Assembly: GCA_963663165.1 (NCBI GenBank) | Contig: OY760175.1 | Span: 480,001 to 544,000, forward strand | Source: an uncultured Desulfospira sp. | Lineage (GTDB): Bacteria; Desulfobacterota; Desulfobacteria; Desulfobacterales; Desulfobacteraceae | DNA: 64,000 nt | Direction of reading: 5' to 3' | In this document: positions 37,884 to 46,854 of the stretch, in pieces | Numbering within the stretch: position 1 is the stretch's first letter | Layout of the letters: every line of letters starts with the position of its first letter | Made by a program: the position numbers and the translations under genes | Notes under the pieces: generated by a model | What the model was told of the DNA's origin: nothing | Seen by the model: only the letters and a program-made list of their open reading frames with translations | Database searches by the model: none

Positions 37884-39197
37884 ATGAAAACCATTCAGAT
37901 CGGAATTCTGGGTTACGGGACCGTTGGCGCTGGCGTAGCAAGGCTGTTGACCCTGAAAGAAAACCTTCTGAAATCCAGGATCGGCGCATTCCTCAATCTT
38001 AAAGCCATTGCCGATATTGACATTGAAACCGACCGGGGCGTGGCGCTCAAGGATACGCAGCTGGTAACCGATGCCATGCAGATTATCGAGGACCCGGAAA
38101 TTGATATTGTGGTGGAACTCATTGGCGGGAAAACCATTGCCCGGGAATTGACCGTCAAGGCCCTGGAACATAAAAAACACGTGGTGACCGCCAACAAGGC
38201 GCTTTTGGCCGAGTTTGGCAACGATTTGATTCAAAGTGCCCGGGCCAATCAGGTGGATTTGGCCTTTGAAGCTTCCTGCGGCGGCTGCATGCCCATCATC
38301 AAGTCCCTTAGAGAATCTCTGGTGGCCAATGATATCCGGTCCATGGAAGCCATATTGAACGGGACCTGCAACTATATCTTAACCAAAATTTCCAGGGACG
38401 GGTCCAAATTCGAGGACGCCTTAAAAACCGCTCAGGAACTCGGGTATGCCGAAGCAGAACCTTCCCTTGATATTGACGGCCATGACACGGCCCATAAACT
38501 GGCCATATTAAATTCCCTGGCCCATGGCATGGAAATCAATTTAAAAGATATCCATGTGGAGGGAATCCGGAACATCACGCCTATGGATATTGAATTTGCA
38601 AAGGGGTTTGGATACACTGTCAAGCTGCTGGCCATTGGCCGGATTCAGGGCGACTATGTGGAGGCCCGGGTTCACCCGGCCATGATTGATGAGACCAACC
38701 CCTTGTCCTACGTGGACCATTCCATGAATGCCGTGTCCATTGATGCCGATGCCACCGGGAAAACCATGCTGTACGGGGCCGGTGCCGGGATGATGCCCAC
38801 GGCCAGCGCCGTATTAAGTGATATTGCCGATATGGCCAGAAACATTATCTCCGATACCCAGCGCCGGGTCCCCATTTTGGGATATCCTGAAGAGAATATC
38901 CGCAAGATTCCCATTTTGCCCATGTCGCAGCTGGTAACCAAATATTACCTTCGGTTTGAAGCCCAGGACCACCCCGGGGTGCTGGCCCGGATTTCAGGCA
39001 TCCTCGGCGACAATAACATCAGCATTAAATCCGTCCATCAGAAAGGCCGGAACAGCAACGGCAAAGTGCCTGTGGTCATGATCACACACAGGGCACAGGA
39101 AGCGTGGGTCCAGACGGCTTTAACTCAGATTTCCAAGGCTGGTTCCGTTGTGGGAGAACCGGTCATCATTCGAATTGAAGAAGAAAACCAGGATTAA
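37884..39197 (+). CDS. hom: Homoserine dehydrogenase with ACT domain
   Basis: GYGTVG, VVTANKA, NGTCNYIL, GAGMMPTASAV, C-term ACT domain. Confidence 0.95.
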   Translation: MKTIQIGILGYGTVGAGVARLLTLKENLLKSRIGAFLNLKAIADIDIETDRGVALKDTQLVTDAMQIIEDPEIDIVVELIGGKTIARELTVKALEHKKHVVTANKALLAEFGNDLIQSARANQVDLAFEASCGGCMPIIKSLRESLVANDIRSMEAILNGTCNYILTKISRDGSKFEDALKTAQELGYAEAEPSLDIDGHDTAHKLAILNSLAHGMEINLKDIHVEGIRNITPMDIEFAKGFGYTVKLLAIGRIQGDYVEARVHPAMIDETNPLSYVDHSMNAVSIDADATGKTMLYGAGAGMMPTASAVLSDIADMARNIISDTQRRVPILGYPEENIRKIPILPMSQLVTKYYLRFEAQDHPGVLARISGILGDNNISIKSVHQKGRNSNGKVPVVMITHRAQEAWVQTALTQISKAGSVVGEPVIIRIEEENQD

Positions 39198-39210
39198 CCA
39201 GGAGAAAAAT

Positions 39211-39822
39211 ATGAACCTGCTGACCGCCGATCTTGAAGGGGTGTTTTTACCTGAAATCTGGATCAATGTGGCGTTAAAAACCGGCATTGAGGAACTCAAA
39301 CTGACCACCCGGGATATTAGTGACTACAACGTGCTTATGACCCGGCGCCTGGTCATTCTAAAAGAAAACAACCTCAAGATTAAGGATATCCAGGATGTCA
39401 TTGCCACCCTGGACCCGCTGCCGGGAGCCGCTGATGCCCTTGACTGGATCAGACGCCGGACCCAGATCATTATCCTGTCCGACACCTTTGAAGAATTTGT
39501 CCGGCCCCTTATGGCCAAACTCGGGTTCCCGGCCATGTTCTGCCACAGCCTGACCATAGACGGCCAGGGCAACATCACCAATTATAACCTGAGGATGGAA
39601 GACCAGAAGACCAAAGCGGTAGAGGCCTTAAGAAGCCTGAACTACCGGGTGATTTCCTTTGGGGACTCCTACAACGATATCGGCATGATCAAAGCCGCTG
39701 ACCAGGGATTCTTCTTTAAGCCCCCTGAAACCGTTATTCAGGAATTCCCCGAAATTCCAGTTGCCCGGGATTATGAAGAACTGAAAGCCATGATAACGTC
39801 CATGCTTGAAAATGAAAATTGA
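39211..39822 (+). CDS. thrH: Phosphoserine phosphatase/homoserine phosphotransferase
   Basis: DLEGVFLPEIW, TTRDISDY, GDSYND. Confidence 0.93.
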   Translation: MNLLTADLEGVFLPEIWINVALKTGIEELKLTTRDISDYNVLMTRRLVILKENNLKIKDIQDVIATLDPLPGAADALDWIRRRTQIIILSDTFEEFVRPLMAKLGFPAMFCHSLTIDGQGNITNYNLRMEDQKTKAVEALRSLNYRVISFGDSYNDIGMIKAADQGFFFKPPETVIQEFPEIPVARDYEELKAMITSMLENEN

Positions 39823-40780
39823 TTTAAATGATTTCGCCCGGATCAGGGTTCTGGTCATCGGGGATCTGATGATCGATGAATATCTGTGGGGAGACGTTGA
39901 CCGGATCTCTCCTGAGGCCCCGGTCCCTATTGTGGCGGTGCAGCGGGAGAGCCATACCTTGGGCGGGGCCGGAAACGTCATCAACAACCTGACGGCCATG
40001 GGCGCCAAGGTCATGGCTGTGGGAACCGCAGGAACCGGCAGGGCCGGGAAAATGGTGTTTGAACACCTGGAAAAAAAGGGGGTGAAAACCGACGGCATTG
40101 TCAGCGAGCCGGACCGGCCCACCACCCGGAAAACCCGTGTCATTGCCTCAAACCAGCAGGTATTGAGAATCGACAAGGAAGTCCGGCGGGAAATCAGCGC
40201 CGAAACCCTTGAACGCCTGACATCGGCCATCCATGAAAAAATTGCCCGGTCTGATGTGATTATTATTTCCGATTACGACAAAGGCCTGGTGACAAGGGAC
40301 CTGGTGGCCCGGACCGTTGATGCGGCAAAAAAAAAGAACATCCCGGTGCTGGCTGACCCCAAATCCCGGGATTTTACCAAATACACCGGCGTCAGCCTGC
40401 TGACCCCGAACCGGAAAGAGGCCGGTATTGCTGTGAACATGCCCCTTGAAACGGATGAGGATCTGGCCCTGGCCGGCCATCAAATTTTAAGCCGGACCGA
40501 TATTGAACGGCTGATCATTACCTGCGGCAAGGACGGCATGGTATTGTTTCAAGGCAGCCAGGCCCCCTTTACCATCGCATCCGAGGCCCGCCAGGTGTTT
40601 GATGTATCCGGGGCAGGGGATACGGTGATTTCCCTTCTTGGTTTAGGCCTTGCCGCCGGGGCCACTTTCCGGGAAAGTGCGGCCTTGGCCAATGCCGCCG
40701 CCGGCATCGTGGTGGGCAAGGTCGGCACGGCCACCGCCTCCATTCAAGAGCTTGCCCAGGCTTTAAATAAAACCAATTAA
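39812..40780 (+). CDS. rfaE1: D-glycero-beta-D-manno-heptose-7-phosphate kinase
   Basis: RISPEAPVP, GGAGNV, SDYDKG, TPNRKE, DVSGAGDTV, VVGKVGTA. Confidence 0.93.
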   Translation: MKIDLNDFARIRVLVIGDLMIDEYLWGDVDRISPEAPVPIVAVQRESHTLGGAGNVINNLTAMGAKVMAVGTAGTGRAGKMVFEHLEKKGVKTDGIVSEPDRPTTRKTRVIASNQQVLRIDKEVRREISAETLERLTSAIHEKIARSDVIIISDYDKGLVTRDLVARTVDAAKKKNIPVLADPKSRDFTKYTGVSLLTPNRKEAGIAVNMPLETDEDLALAGHQILSRTDIERLIITCGKDGMVLFQGSQAPFTIASEARQVFDVSGAGDTVISLLGLGLAAGATFRESAALANAAAGIVVGKVGTATASIQELAQALNKTN

Positions 40781-40787
40781 AAAGTCC

Positions 40788-40816
40788 TTGACTATAAAAA
40801 GTGTTTGAATTATATT
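40788..40816 (+). promoter_or_regulatory. sigma-70 promoter of the tRNA
   Basis: TTGACT-N17-TATATT followed by a GC-rich discriminator. Confidence 0.7.
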
Positions 40817-40828
40817 AGGCGCCATTGT

Positions 40829-40905
<77 letters not shown>

Positions 40906-40914
40906 AAAAATACG

Positions 40915-40947
40915 GGGCTTTCAGCAAATCTGCTGAAAGCCCTTTGT
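40915..40947 (+). terminator. Terminator hairpin after the tRNA
   Basis: GGGCTTTCAGCA-AATC-TGCTGAAAGCCC-TTTGT. Confidence 0.75.
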
Positions 40948-40962
40948 GATTTTAAAAAGCTG

Positions 40963-41022
40963 TCCCCCACACTATCCCCCACATTCATGGACATTTTCAA
41001 CGTCCCCCACATTTCCCCCACA
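40963..41022. repeat. Four TCCCCCACA direct repeats (integrase arm-type sites)
   Basis: Copies at 40963, 40975, 41003 and 41014, in two tandem pairs. Confidence 0.7.
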
Positions 41023-41382
41023 CCACAAACCCAAAGCCCAATAAATCCGCACTAGCATAAACCGGCCCTGTATTTTTCATTCTAAGGCCGTTTCAGGGGA
41101 TGGGGTATATCTCAGTACCCGGGAAATCGGCGGGGTTTTACATATGGACGGATTTAATGCCCCCTGGCAAGGAGAGGGGAAAGGGACGGACGGGCCGGGT
41201 CAAGGGAGAGAACCAGGCGGTAACCAGGCGGTCACTCTCCCCCGGGCTGCTGGTGGTGGCGGCGGCGATCAGGGCCAGGGGGCAGGACGGGAGCCGGGCA
41301 AGAGGGATGGATAACCGCCCCCCGTTCTTTTCTCCCTGCCGGGCCTGGGAACATCGGCTGCCTGTTGACATGGCATTTAATT

Positions 41383-41682
41383 TTAATCGCTGAAATCCAG
41401 ATACGTTTCTATCGTTTGATTCCACGCTGACAGAAGATCCTGATTTATTTGGGCCACTAAGGCTATCGGATCTCCATCGTCCGGCATGTTGAATTCCATC
41501 ATTATCCTGCCCCTTTCCTCCCCGAACGATTCCATTATCTGTTCTTCCCGTTCCTTCAGGAAAGCTTGAAGACGGCGGCTCTTTTTCAATTCCCGGTACG
41601 TCTTTGGCGCTCTTGTCTCCAGGGCCGCTTCTATCCTCTGCAACCGCTGTCTTACCTGTTGGGTTGCCATTATTGCCAACAT
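41383..41682 (-). CDS. Mobile-element hypothetical protein (weak TnpV-like resemblance)
   Basis: AGGAGG RBS; RAPKTYRELKKSRRL motif. Confidence 0.65.
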   Translation of the reverse strand: MLAIMATQQVRQRLQRIEAALETRAPKTYRELKKSRRLQAFLKEREEQIMESFGEERGRIMMEFNMPDDGDPIALVAQINQDLLSAWNQTIETYLDFSD

Positions 41683-42242
41683 TGGTTTCCTCCTGGGGTT
41701 TGTCCTGCTGTTTTATCCCGGGTGTTCTCCTGTAATTTTTCCCTGTGGTTTCCTTTCAATGTATTCTCCGGGTTTTTTCACGTCAAGGGGCTCTGTGCCT
41801 TTTGTCCCGGCCATGCCTATTTCATTCATTGTTCAACCCGGTTAAAGGTGCTTTCCTTTTCATTTGGGATATCGCAATAACCAAAAAGGCCATACTCTGT
41901 TTCACTCGGATGTGGGAGCAAAATAACTTCCAGTAATCTTGAATTGTCAGGCCTTTCAGAAAATCAATTCTATAATATATAAAATGTAATCTCGAGATTT
42001 GAACCGGACCACAAGATATGGTATGTGGAATCAAATCGTGAATCCGAGCATATATTCCATTTATGTTGCTCAGCCAATTTGTAAAGCCGGTTGGACAGCG
42101 TTGAACAGACTTCCCAAAAAGGAATTTTAACTTAAGGGCTGGCTTGCCCCACTTTGATTCATTCGATAGATATTTTTTCTTGACTTTGGGAATATATCCG
42201 GATATGCGACTGATATCTAACTGGACAATTTAATTCATTAGG

Positions 42243-42770
42243 ATGGGCGTCATGAAATCTTTTCTTCTGTTTTTAAGTATTTGTGCATTTTTTTTAACTC
42301 TTATTTTTACGAATACGGGTGTTTGTGGCCTTGTTTTGACACAGGGCGAATCATATACTTTTGAATTTACGTCTTTGCCTTATCACTCAGCATATACAGA
42401 AGATCATTTAGCATTTAGTTTTGTAGATCTGACTTTAATTACACCCGATGCAGCGGAATTTAGGTTTTCTGTTTATGAAAATTCAACAGAGGAGACACCG
42501 ATAAGAAGCGAATTGTGCAAATCAAGTACGGGATATCTTGAACCGGCTTCTTCTACTTCTTGGCAGGACTTGCAGGGAATTTTCCAGATAAATGTAATAA
42601 ACGGTATAATCGAACTCGAATCCTTCAGGGCAGCTACTGTAATCGGTAACAGTCTTTATAAACAGACATTTACAGTTCCTATACCACAATCTGGTATGTT
42701 TATTTTAGTCGGGGTTTTGGGGATGTTTTTTGCACAATACGCAAGAAGAAAACTGAAATTCATCCTTTAA
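42243..42770 (+). CDS. Secreted protein with a PEP-CTERM/VPxP-like C-terminal sorting signal
   Basis: Signal peptide; C-term VPIPQSG + TM + RRKLK; AT-rich. Confidence 0.75.
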   Translation: MGVMKSFLLFLSICAFFLTLIFTNTGVCGLVLTQGESYTFEFTSLPYHSAYTEDHLAFSFVDLTLITPDAAEFRFSVYENSTEETPIRSELCKSSTGYLEPASSTSWQDLQGIFQINVINGIIELESFRAATVIGNSLYKQTFTVPIPQSGMFILVGVLGMFFAQYARRKLKFIL

Positions 42771-42785
42771 GAAGGATTTTTGTTC

Positions 42786-42902
42786 ATGAAATCCATTATT
42801 CTAAAGCAGGTATGTTTCTGGCTCATTTTTTCCTTGGGTGTGATATTGTTGTCCTTTCAAAAAGGGGTCGTGATTTGGGGTCGGGCCAAGCTAATGCGCT
42901 GA
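42786..42902 (+). pseudogene. Signal-peptide stub (38 aa), probably a truncated secreted protein
   Basis: AAGGA RBS; MKSIILKQVCFWLIFSLGVILLSF then runs into GGGGTC motifs. Confidence 0.4.
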
Positions 42903-43058
42903 ATTTAAAATAAATAGCCTTTATAAACACCCTCAAAACTGTCTTAAATGAATGTTTTTGGGGGCAAAATGGCCATCTTAAAAAGACTAATAGCCAAAAC
43001 GGGGATTCCGGGACATGATACTAACTTTAGAGATCATGTCCCGGCTAACCCGATGATC

Positions 43059-43188
43059 ACCGAACAAGCCAATGAACCCGACCGGGCTTACTGCGCGGCG
43101 TTTCTGAAGGTGTCGGGTTAATGGAAATATAAACTTTTGCCGGATCTTTTGTGGTTTTAAAGCCCGGCGGGTTATCTATACGTTGTGC
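43059..43188 (+). mobile_element. Solitary integron attC-like recombination site
   Basis: ACCGAAC...GTTGTGC outer boxes; inner AACCCG(A)CCGGGCTT / AAGCCCGGCGGGTT with one extrahelical base; 130 bp. Confidence 0.65.
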
Positions 43189-43222
43189 TTCAAAACGGGG
43201 ACGTGGAGTGTTTAATTCAATA

Positions 43223-43423
43223 TTAAATTGGGTGCCGGTCCCGGATCAATCTTAAAAGCTTTTGATTTTGTCCACTCAAGACCTGCCCCAAAGATTCCAT
43301 GGATTCAAACCATACCTTGGGTTCATTTTTCCGGGGTTTGTACTCGCCCTTGGCAATGGCAATGGTCCTGTGCTTGTAATCTTCCTTTGTCATGATGCCG
43401 ATTTTCATAACCCTGCTTGCCAT
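43223..43423 (-). pseudogene. Truncated HTH antitoxin/regulator
   Basis: MKIGIMTKEDY...VWFESMESLGQVLS..NQKLLRLIRDRHP stops just before the expected HTH. Confidence 0.6.
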
Positions 43424-43434
43424 GCTTCTTATCC

Positions 43435-43761
43435 CTATTGCGCGTGAACATCCAGTCTGACACCCAAGCCATTTAGGACACTGACAAGGGTTTTTAATGT
43501 GGGATTCCCATTTTTAAAAAGTCGGTAAAGCGCCTGCCGGGTCAATCCGGTTTTCCTTGATAATTCTGAGACACCGCCTTCCCTGGCCCGGGTTATATAA
43601 AAAAGAGTCTTCATAACACTCTTGAAGTTATCTTCTTCAGCGGTCAAATCCTGGATAGTGCTTTTCAGCAGATCCGGGATAAGCTCCGGAGATTCTTTAA
43701 GCTGATCAATAATGAAATCGTCCATGTTCTGCATGGATTCAGAATCTATTTTTTCGGCCAT
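43435..43761 (-). CDS. Addiction-module antidote protein (HI1420-like HTH)
   Basis: GGVSELSRKTGLTRQALYRLFKNGNPTLKTLVSVLNGLG. Confidence 0.85.
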   Translation of the reverse strand: MAEKIDSESMQNMDDFIIDQLKESPELIPDLLKSTIQDLTAEEDNFKSVMKTLFYITRAREGGVSELSRKTGLTRQALYRLFKNGNPTLKTLVSVLNGLGVRLDVHAQ

Positions 43762-43779
43762 TTTAGAGCCCTTTCAGAA

Positions 43780-44133
43780 TCAAAGAAAAACCCTGTAATC
43801 AATATCTAAGGCTTTTGAAAACAGCTTTGCATTCTTTTTCCCAATGGGGCGCTTCCCTCTCTCCATTTCAGAAATATGTCTTTGGGGGATGCCGGTTAAA
43901 TTGGAAAGTTGAACCTGGGTAAGACCTTCTTTCCCCCTGGCCCCGGCCAGACTGATTCCGGGCAAATCATGCTCATTGATGTCAGGAAAGGCATCGCGCC
44001 AGGGTATACTGTCGGAGACATCCTGGAAACCAAGTCCTTTTAATAATTTTGAAGCCTCTTTTTGTTTGTTGACAGGCCCAATAAAATGTAGCTCAACCGT
44101 ATCAATATGGGGCTTTTTCGTGTGTTCCTGCAT
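43780..44133 (-). CDS. XRE-HTH antitoxin (HigA-like)
   Basis: GLTQVQLSNLTGIPQRHISEMERGKRPIG; overlaps the toxin gene. Confidence 0.85.
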   Translation of the reverse strand: MQEHTKKPHIDTVELHFIGPVNKQKEASKLLKGLGFQDVSDSIPWRDAFPDINEHDLPGISLAGARGKEGLTQVQLSNLTGIPQRHISEMERGKRPIGKKNAKLFSKALDIDYRVFL

Positions 44134-44380
44134 AAATTACCTCTATGATTTTTATTTCTTTGTTTTTAGTTTCCCATACAGCAACATAGGTAGGCTGACC
44201 TTTTTTTAGATGACAGTGGTGCCTATTTCCTGTAAGTGCTGAATAGTTCGGCCAGTTTCCCCTGATGGGTCCGGATAGTTCTATTTCTCTGATCAAGGTA
44301 ATAAGCTTGTTCTGTACCCTTTTGGGTAGCTGGTTAAGCTTTTTCCCTGCTTGTCTTGTTATGTTAACTGTCCAGTTCAT
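44102..44380 (-). CDS. RelE/HigB-family toxin
   Basis: WTVNITRQAGKKLNQLP...HHCHLKKG..YVAVW...IEVIYAGTHEKAPY. Confidence 0.85.
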   Translation of the reverse strand: MNWTVNITRQAGKKLNQLPKRVQNKLITLIREIELSGPIRGNWPNYSALTGNRHHCHLKKGQPTYVAVWETKNKEIKIIEVIYAGTHEKAPY

Positions 44381-44387
44381 ATGTATA

Positions 44388-44416
44388 AATATACTATTTT
44401 ATGGTATTCAAATCAA
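44388..44416 (-). promoter_or_regulatory. sigma-70 promoter and operator of the TA operon (leaderless)
   Basis: TTGATT-N17-TATATT ending 7 nt before the ATG; ATACTA-N5-TGGTAT palindrome at 44391-44407. Confidence 0.6.
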
Positions 44417-44431
44417 TATTACGTTTCAAGT

Positions 44432-44554
44432 TTATTTCCCACCATTGACCACTTTCAACACCTGCTGATCGTCTGCCGTTGGTTGCTCAATCCCGGCCTG
44501 TTCAAGCATCCACTTTTCAATTTTGACATGTCACATTCTAAGAAGATCAATCGG
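44432..44554 (-). pseudogene. C-terminal remnant of a tyrosine integrase
   Basis: Hand translation PIDLLRM*HVKIEKWMLEQAGIEQP...GGK*, matching the RP.DLLRMWH.KIE.W.LEQAGI integrase tail with TGG changed to TGA. Confidence 0.7.
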
Positions 44555-45419
44555 CCCTGACCCTGAGGAAAGAGGCAAATTTGGGAATGCCGTTTTGGGT
44601 GAACCCATAATACTTAAACGTAATTTGCGATCCTATGGCCGGTGGGTTCCGCCGGACCTGGTCAGTGAAGCCGGTACCAAGTTTGAATTGAACACCGTTT
44701 TCGAGGCAAAGGGTTAAAGATCCCATAGCCCCTTCATATTTACCTTTTCCCGGATTGACGGCAATCACTTCCCCTTCCATGTCCCCGGCTTTTTTTATCT
44801 TTAGGACATAGGGGCTCCGGCCGGTGTGGTAGGCCCGGTTCGGGTCTTTTACAATGACCCCCTCTCCGCCGTTTGATTCCACCTTTTGGACAAACTGATC
44901 TAGATCAGACATGGTTTTGACCGGAATCTGGTCAATGATGGCCACCTGTGCATTGGGATGTGATGCAAACCATTCTTGGGCCTTTTTCAGGCGCTGGAAA
45001 AAATCACCTTTCTGGTTGGGCACTTCAAAAATATGATAGGTGATTTCCCGCCACTGCTCACCGGGCTGCTGATCCAGAACCACCGACTGTATAAATTCAT
45101 AGGCACCCCTGCGGCTCCACAACTCACCGTCGAGTTCAAACGACGGGAAATTTCTGATAAACCACGCCGGGGGATTTAACCGGATGCCTTTACGGGTATA
45201 AAGGCCTGTGCCGTCCCAAAAACCTCTGATTCCGTCCAGTTTCTCACTCATTACCCAGCCGGTCACGTCTGTGTTTTCAGTATATGTTTCGGGCTTTTGC
45301 AGGTTTGTAGGCTCGCCGTAAAGTCCTATGGGAAAAAGGTGCAGCACAAATATCACAGACACAATTTTGATATGAAAAAACCGGCGCCGGTCAGGGTTTA
45401 AAAATTTTTCCATGCTCAT
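44547..45419 (-). CDS. Minimal ATP-dependent DNA ligase with N-terminal signal peptide (Lig E type)
   Basis: SEKLDGIR adenylation motif, LDGELW, GGEGV, OB-fold FKLGTGF; hydrophobic N-term. Confidence 0.9.
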   Translation of the reverse strand: MSMEKFLNPDRRRFFHIKIVSVIFVLHLFPIGLYGEPTNLQKPETYTENTDVTGWVMSEKLDGIRGFWDGTGLYTRKGIRLNPPAWFIRNFPSFELDGELWSRRGAYEFIQSVVLDQQPGEQWREITYHIFEVPNQKGDFFQRLKKAQEWFASHPNAQVAIIDQIPVKTMSDLDQFVQKVESNGGEGVIVKDPNRAYHTGRSPYVLKIKKAGDMEGEVIAVNPGKGKYEGAMGSLTLCLENGVQFKLGTGFTDQVRRNPPAIGSQITFKYYGFTQNGIPKFASFLRVRAD

Positions 45420-45471
45420 ATCCTTTGGGTTAAAGTGTTTGGCCGAAACCGAACCTACAGTTATGAAGCCG

Positions 45472-46854
45472 CTATGGCGAGCCCATCAGCGCTTTGGCGT
45501 CAATGGTTTTGGCATCCGGGTGTTTTCTTAGATAATCGGCTATTTTGCCGGCAAGGTAGGCGGTTGAGATGGAGGTGCCGGCATAGGTGCCCGGGTTTCC
45601 GTCGCTGCCCACGGGAAGGCTGGCAAATCCGGGGGCGGCCAGGTCCACAAAATCTCCGTAATTGGACATCTCCCAGGCCTTTCCGTCGGGCCCTAATGCA
45701 GATACGGCGATCACGGACTCATAGGCGGCCGGATACACGGGATCTCCGGTAGGGGAGTTGCCGGCGGCGGCCACCACCACCAGCCCCTTTGAGGCCGCAT
45801 AGTTAACGGCCGTTTCCAGAAAGGCAGAATCTGTCTCAGATCCCCAGCTTAAGCTTAACACCTTTGCCTGGTTTTCCAGGGCATATTCAATGCTGGCCAT
45901 GAGGGTGGACGTTGAGGTAAACCCATTGTCGTCAAAGGCTTTAATCGACAGAACCGGATTGGAAAACTCGCCGGACGCCACCCCCATAGGAGACACCTGG
46001 CCTGAAGCGATCAGCGCCATCTGGGTGCCGTGGCCCACATGGTCGGAAATGGAACTGTCGGGATCTACAGCATCAAAGCTTCCCTGGATATACCCCTGGG
46101 ATGCATAGGTTTCCATAAGCCCGGTATCCAGGACAGCCACGGCAAAAGCCGATTCTGCAGGCTGTTTGTCTGACAGGGTGGCCCCATTAAAGGGATCATC
46201 AAGCCCCGCCACCTTGGGTGCGCTTCCGGCCCTGTAGGCATAATCCGGTTCTGCCGTGCCCACGATTCCTTCCTGCTGAAGTTTAATCAGAACCGCATTA
46301 AGATCCCCGGAATCGGATAAAATCAGGGCATAAATTCCCAAATGCCGGTTAACGGTTTCGATTCTGGCCTTTAATTTTTGAAGCAGCTGGTTGATTTTCC
46401 GGGTGGACACCTTCTGGTTAAATGTCAGCAGGATCCGGTTTCTCACATAATAGGCGCCGGTATCCGGATCTTGGACAATGTCCAGGGATTTGGAAGATTG
46501 AATGGACCGGGCCAGGTTTATTTTCCCGGGCCTGAATATAACGATCTCAGAAAGTTCTATCTCGCCGTCCGGGGCTTTGGTCCAGATATACGAATGATTC
46601 AGGCCGGCCAGGATTTCATCAAAGCCGGCCTGGACGTCCCGGCGGGTGAATTGCGCTGTGATCAAAGGGTTGATCCCCGGGTCAATCTTAACGGTAATGC
46701 CTTCCACGGCCGCCTGTTTGAGCAGGTCCTGCAGAGGGGTCTGCCGGGCCGACAGGGATATGGTGTTGTCTGCTATGGTTAGAGAGGCTGCCTGGCAGGC
46801 AGCCGTTACAGCCAATAGAACAAAAAAAGAGACGCAAAATAATGTATTTTTCAT
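45472..46854 (-). CDS. Secreted S8 subtilase with an STN-like N-terminal domain
   Basis: VAVLDTG / GHGTQMA / AAAGN / AGTSIS catalytic motifs; signal peptide; LSARQTPLQDLLKQ...ITAQF. Confidence 0.88.
   Translation of the reverse strand: MKNTLFCVSFFVLLAVTAACQAASLTIADNTISLSARQTPLQDLLKQAAVEGITVKIDPGINPLITAQFTRRDVQAGFDEILAGLNHSYIWTKAPDGEIELSEIVIFRPGKINLARSIQSSKSLDIVQDPDTGAYYVRNRILLTFNQKVSTRKINQLLQKLKARIETVNRHLGIYALILSDSGDLNAVLIKLQQEGIVGTAEPDYAYRAGSAPKVAGLDDPFNGATLSDKQPAESAFAVAVLDTGLMETYASQGYIQGSFDAVDPDSSISDHVGHGTQMALIASGQVSPMGVASGEFSNPVLSIKAFDDNGFTSTSTLMASIEYALENQAKVLSLSWGSETDSAFLETAVNYAASKGLVVVAAAGNSPTGDPVYPAAYESVIAVSALGPDGKAWEMSNYGDFVDLAAPGFASLPVGSDGNPGTYAGTSISTAYLAGKIADYLRKHPDAKTIDAKALMGSP

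Larger units (their letters stand above)
40906..44554. mobile_element. Decayed tRNA-fMet-integrated element (genomic islet)
   Basis: Starts at the tRNA 3' end; arm-type repeats; AT-rich cargo; TA genes; attC-like site; integrase C-terminal remnant at the far end. Confidence 0.7.

Noticed and set aside
41822..42160. Short ORFs in the AT-rich island segment
   Set aside because: No RBS or recognisable motif, so no call can be supported.
44531..44533. In-frame TGA as selenocysteine or recoding
   Set aside because: It falls at a Trp position of an integrase fragment that has no start; a nonsense mutation is the simpler explanation.
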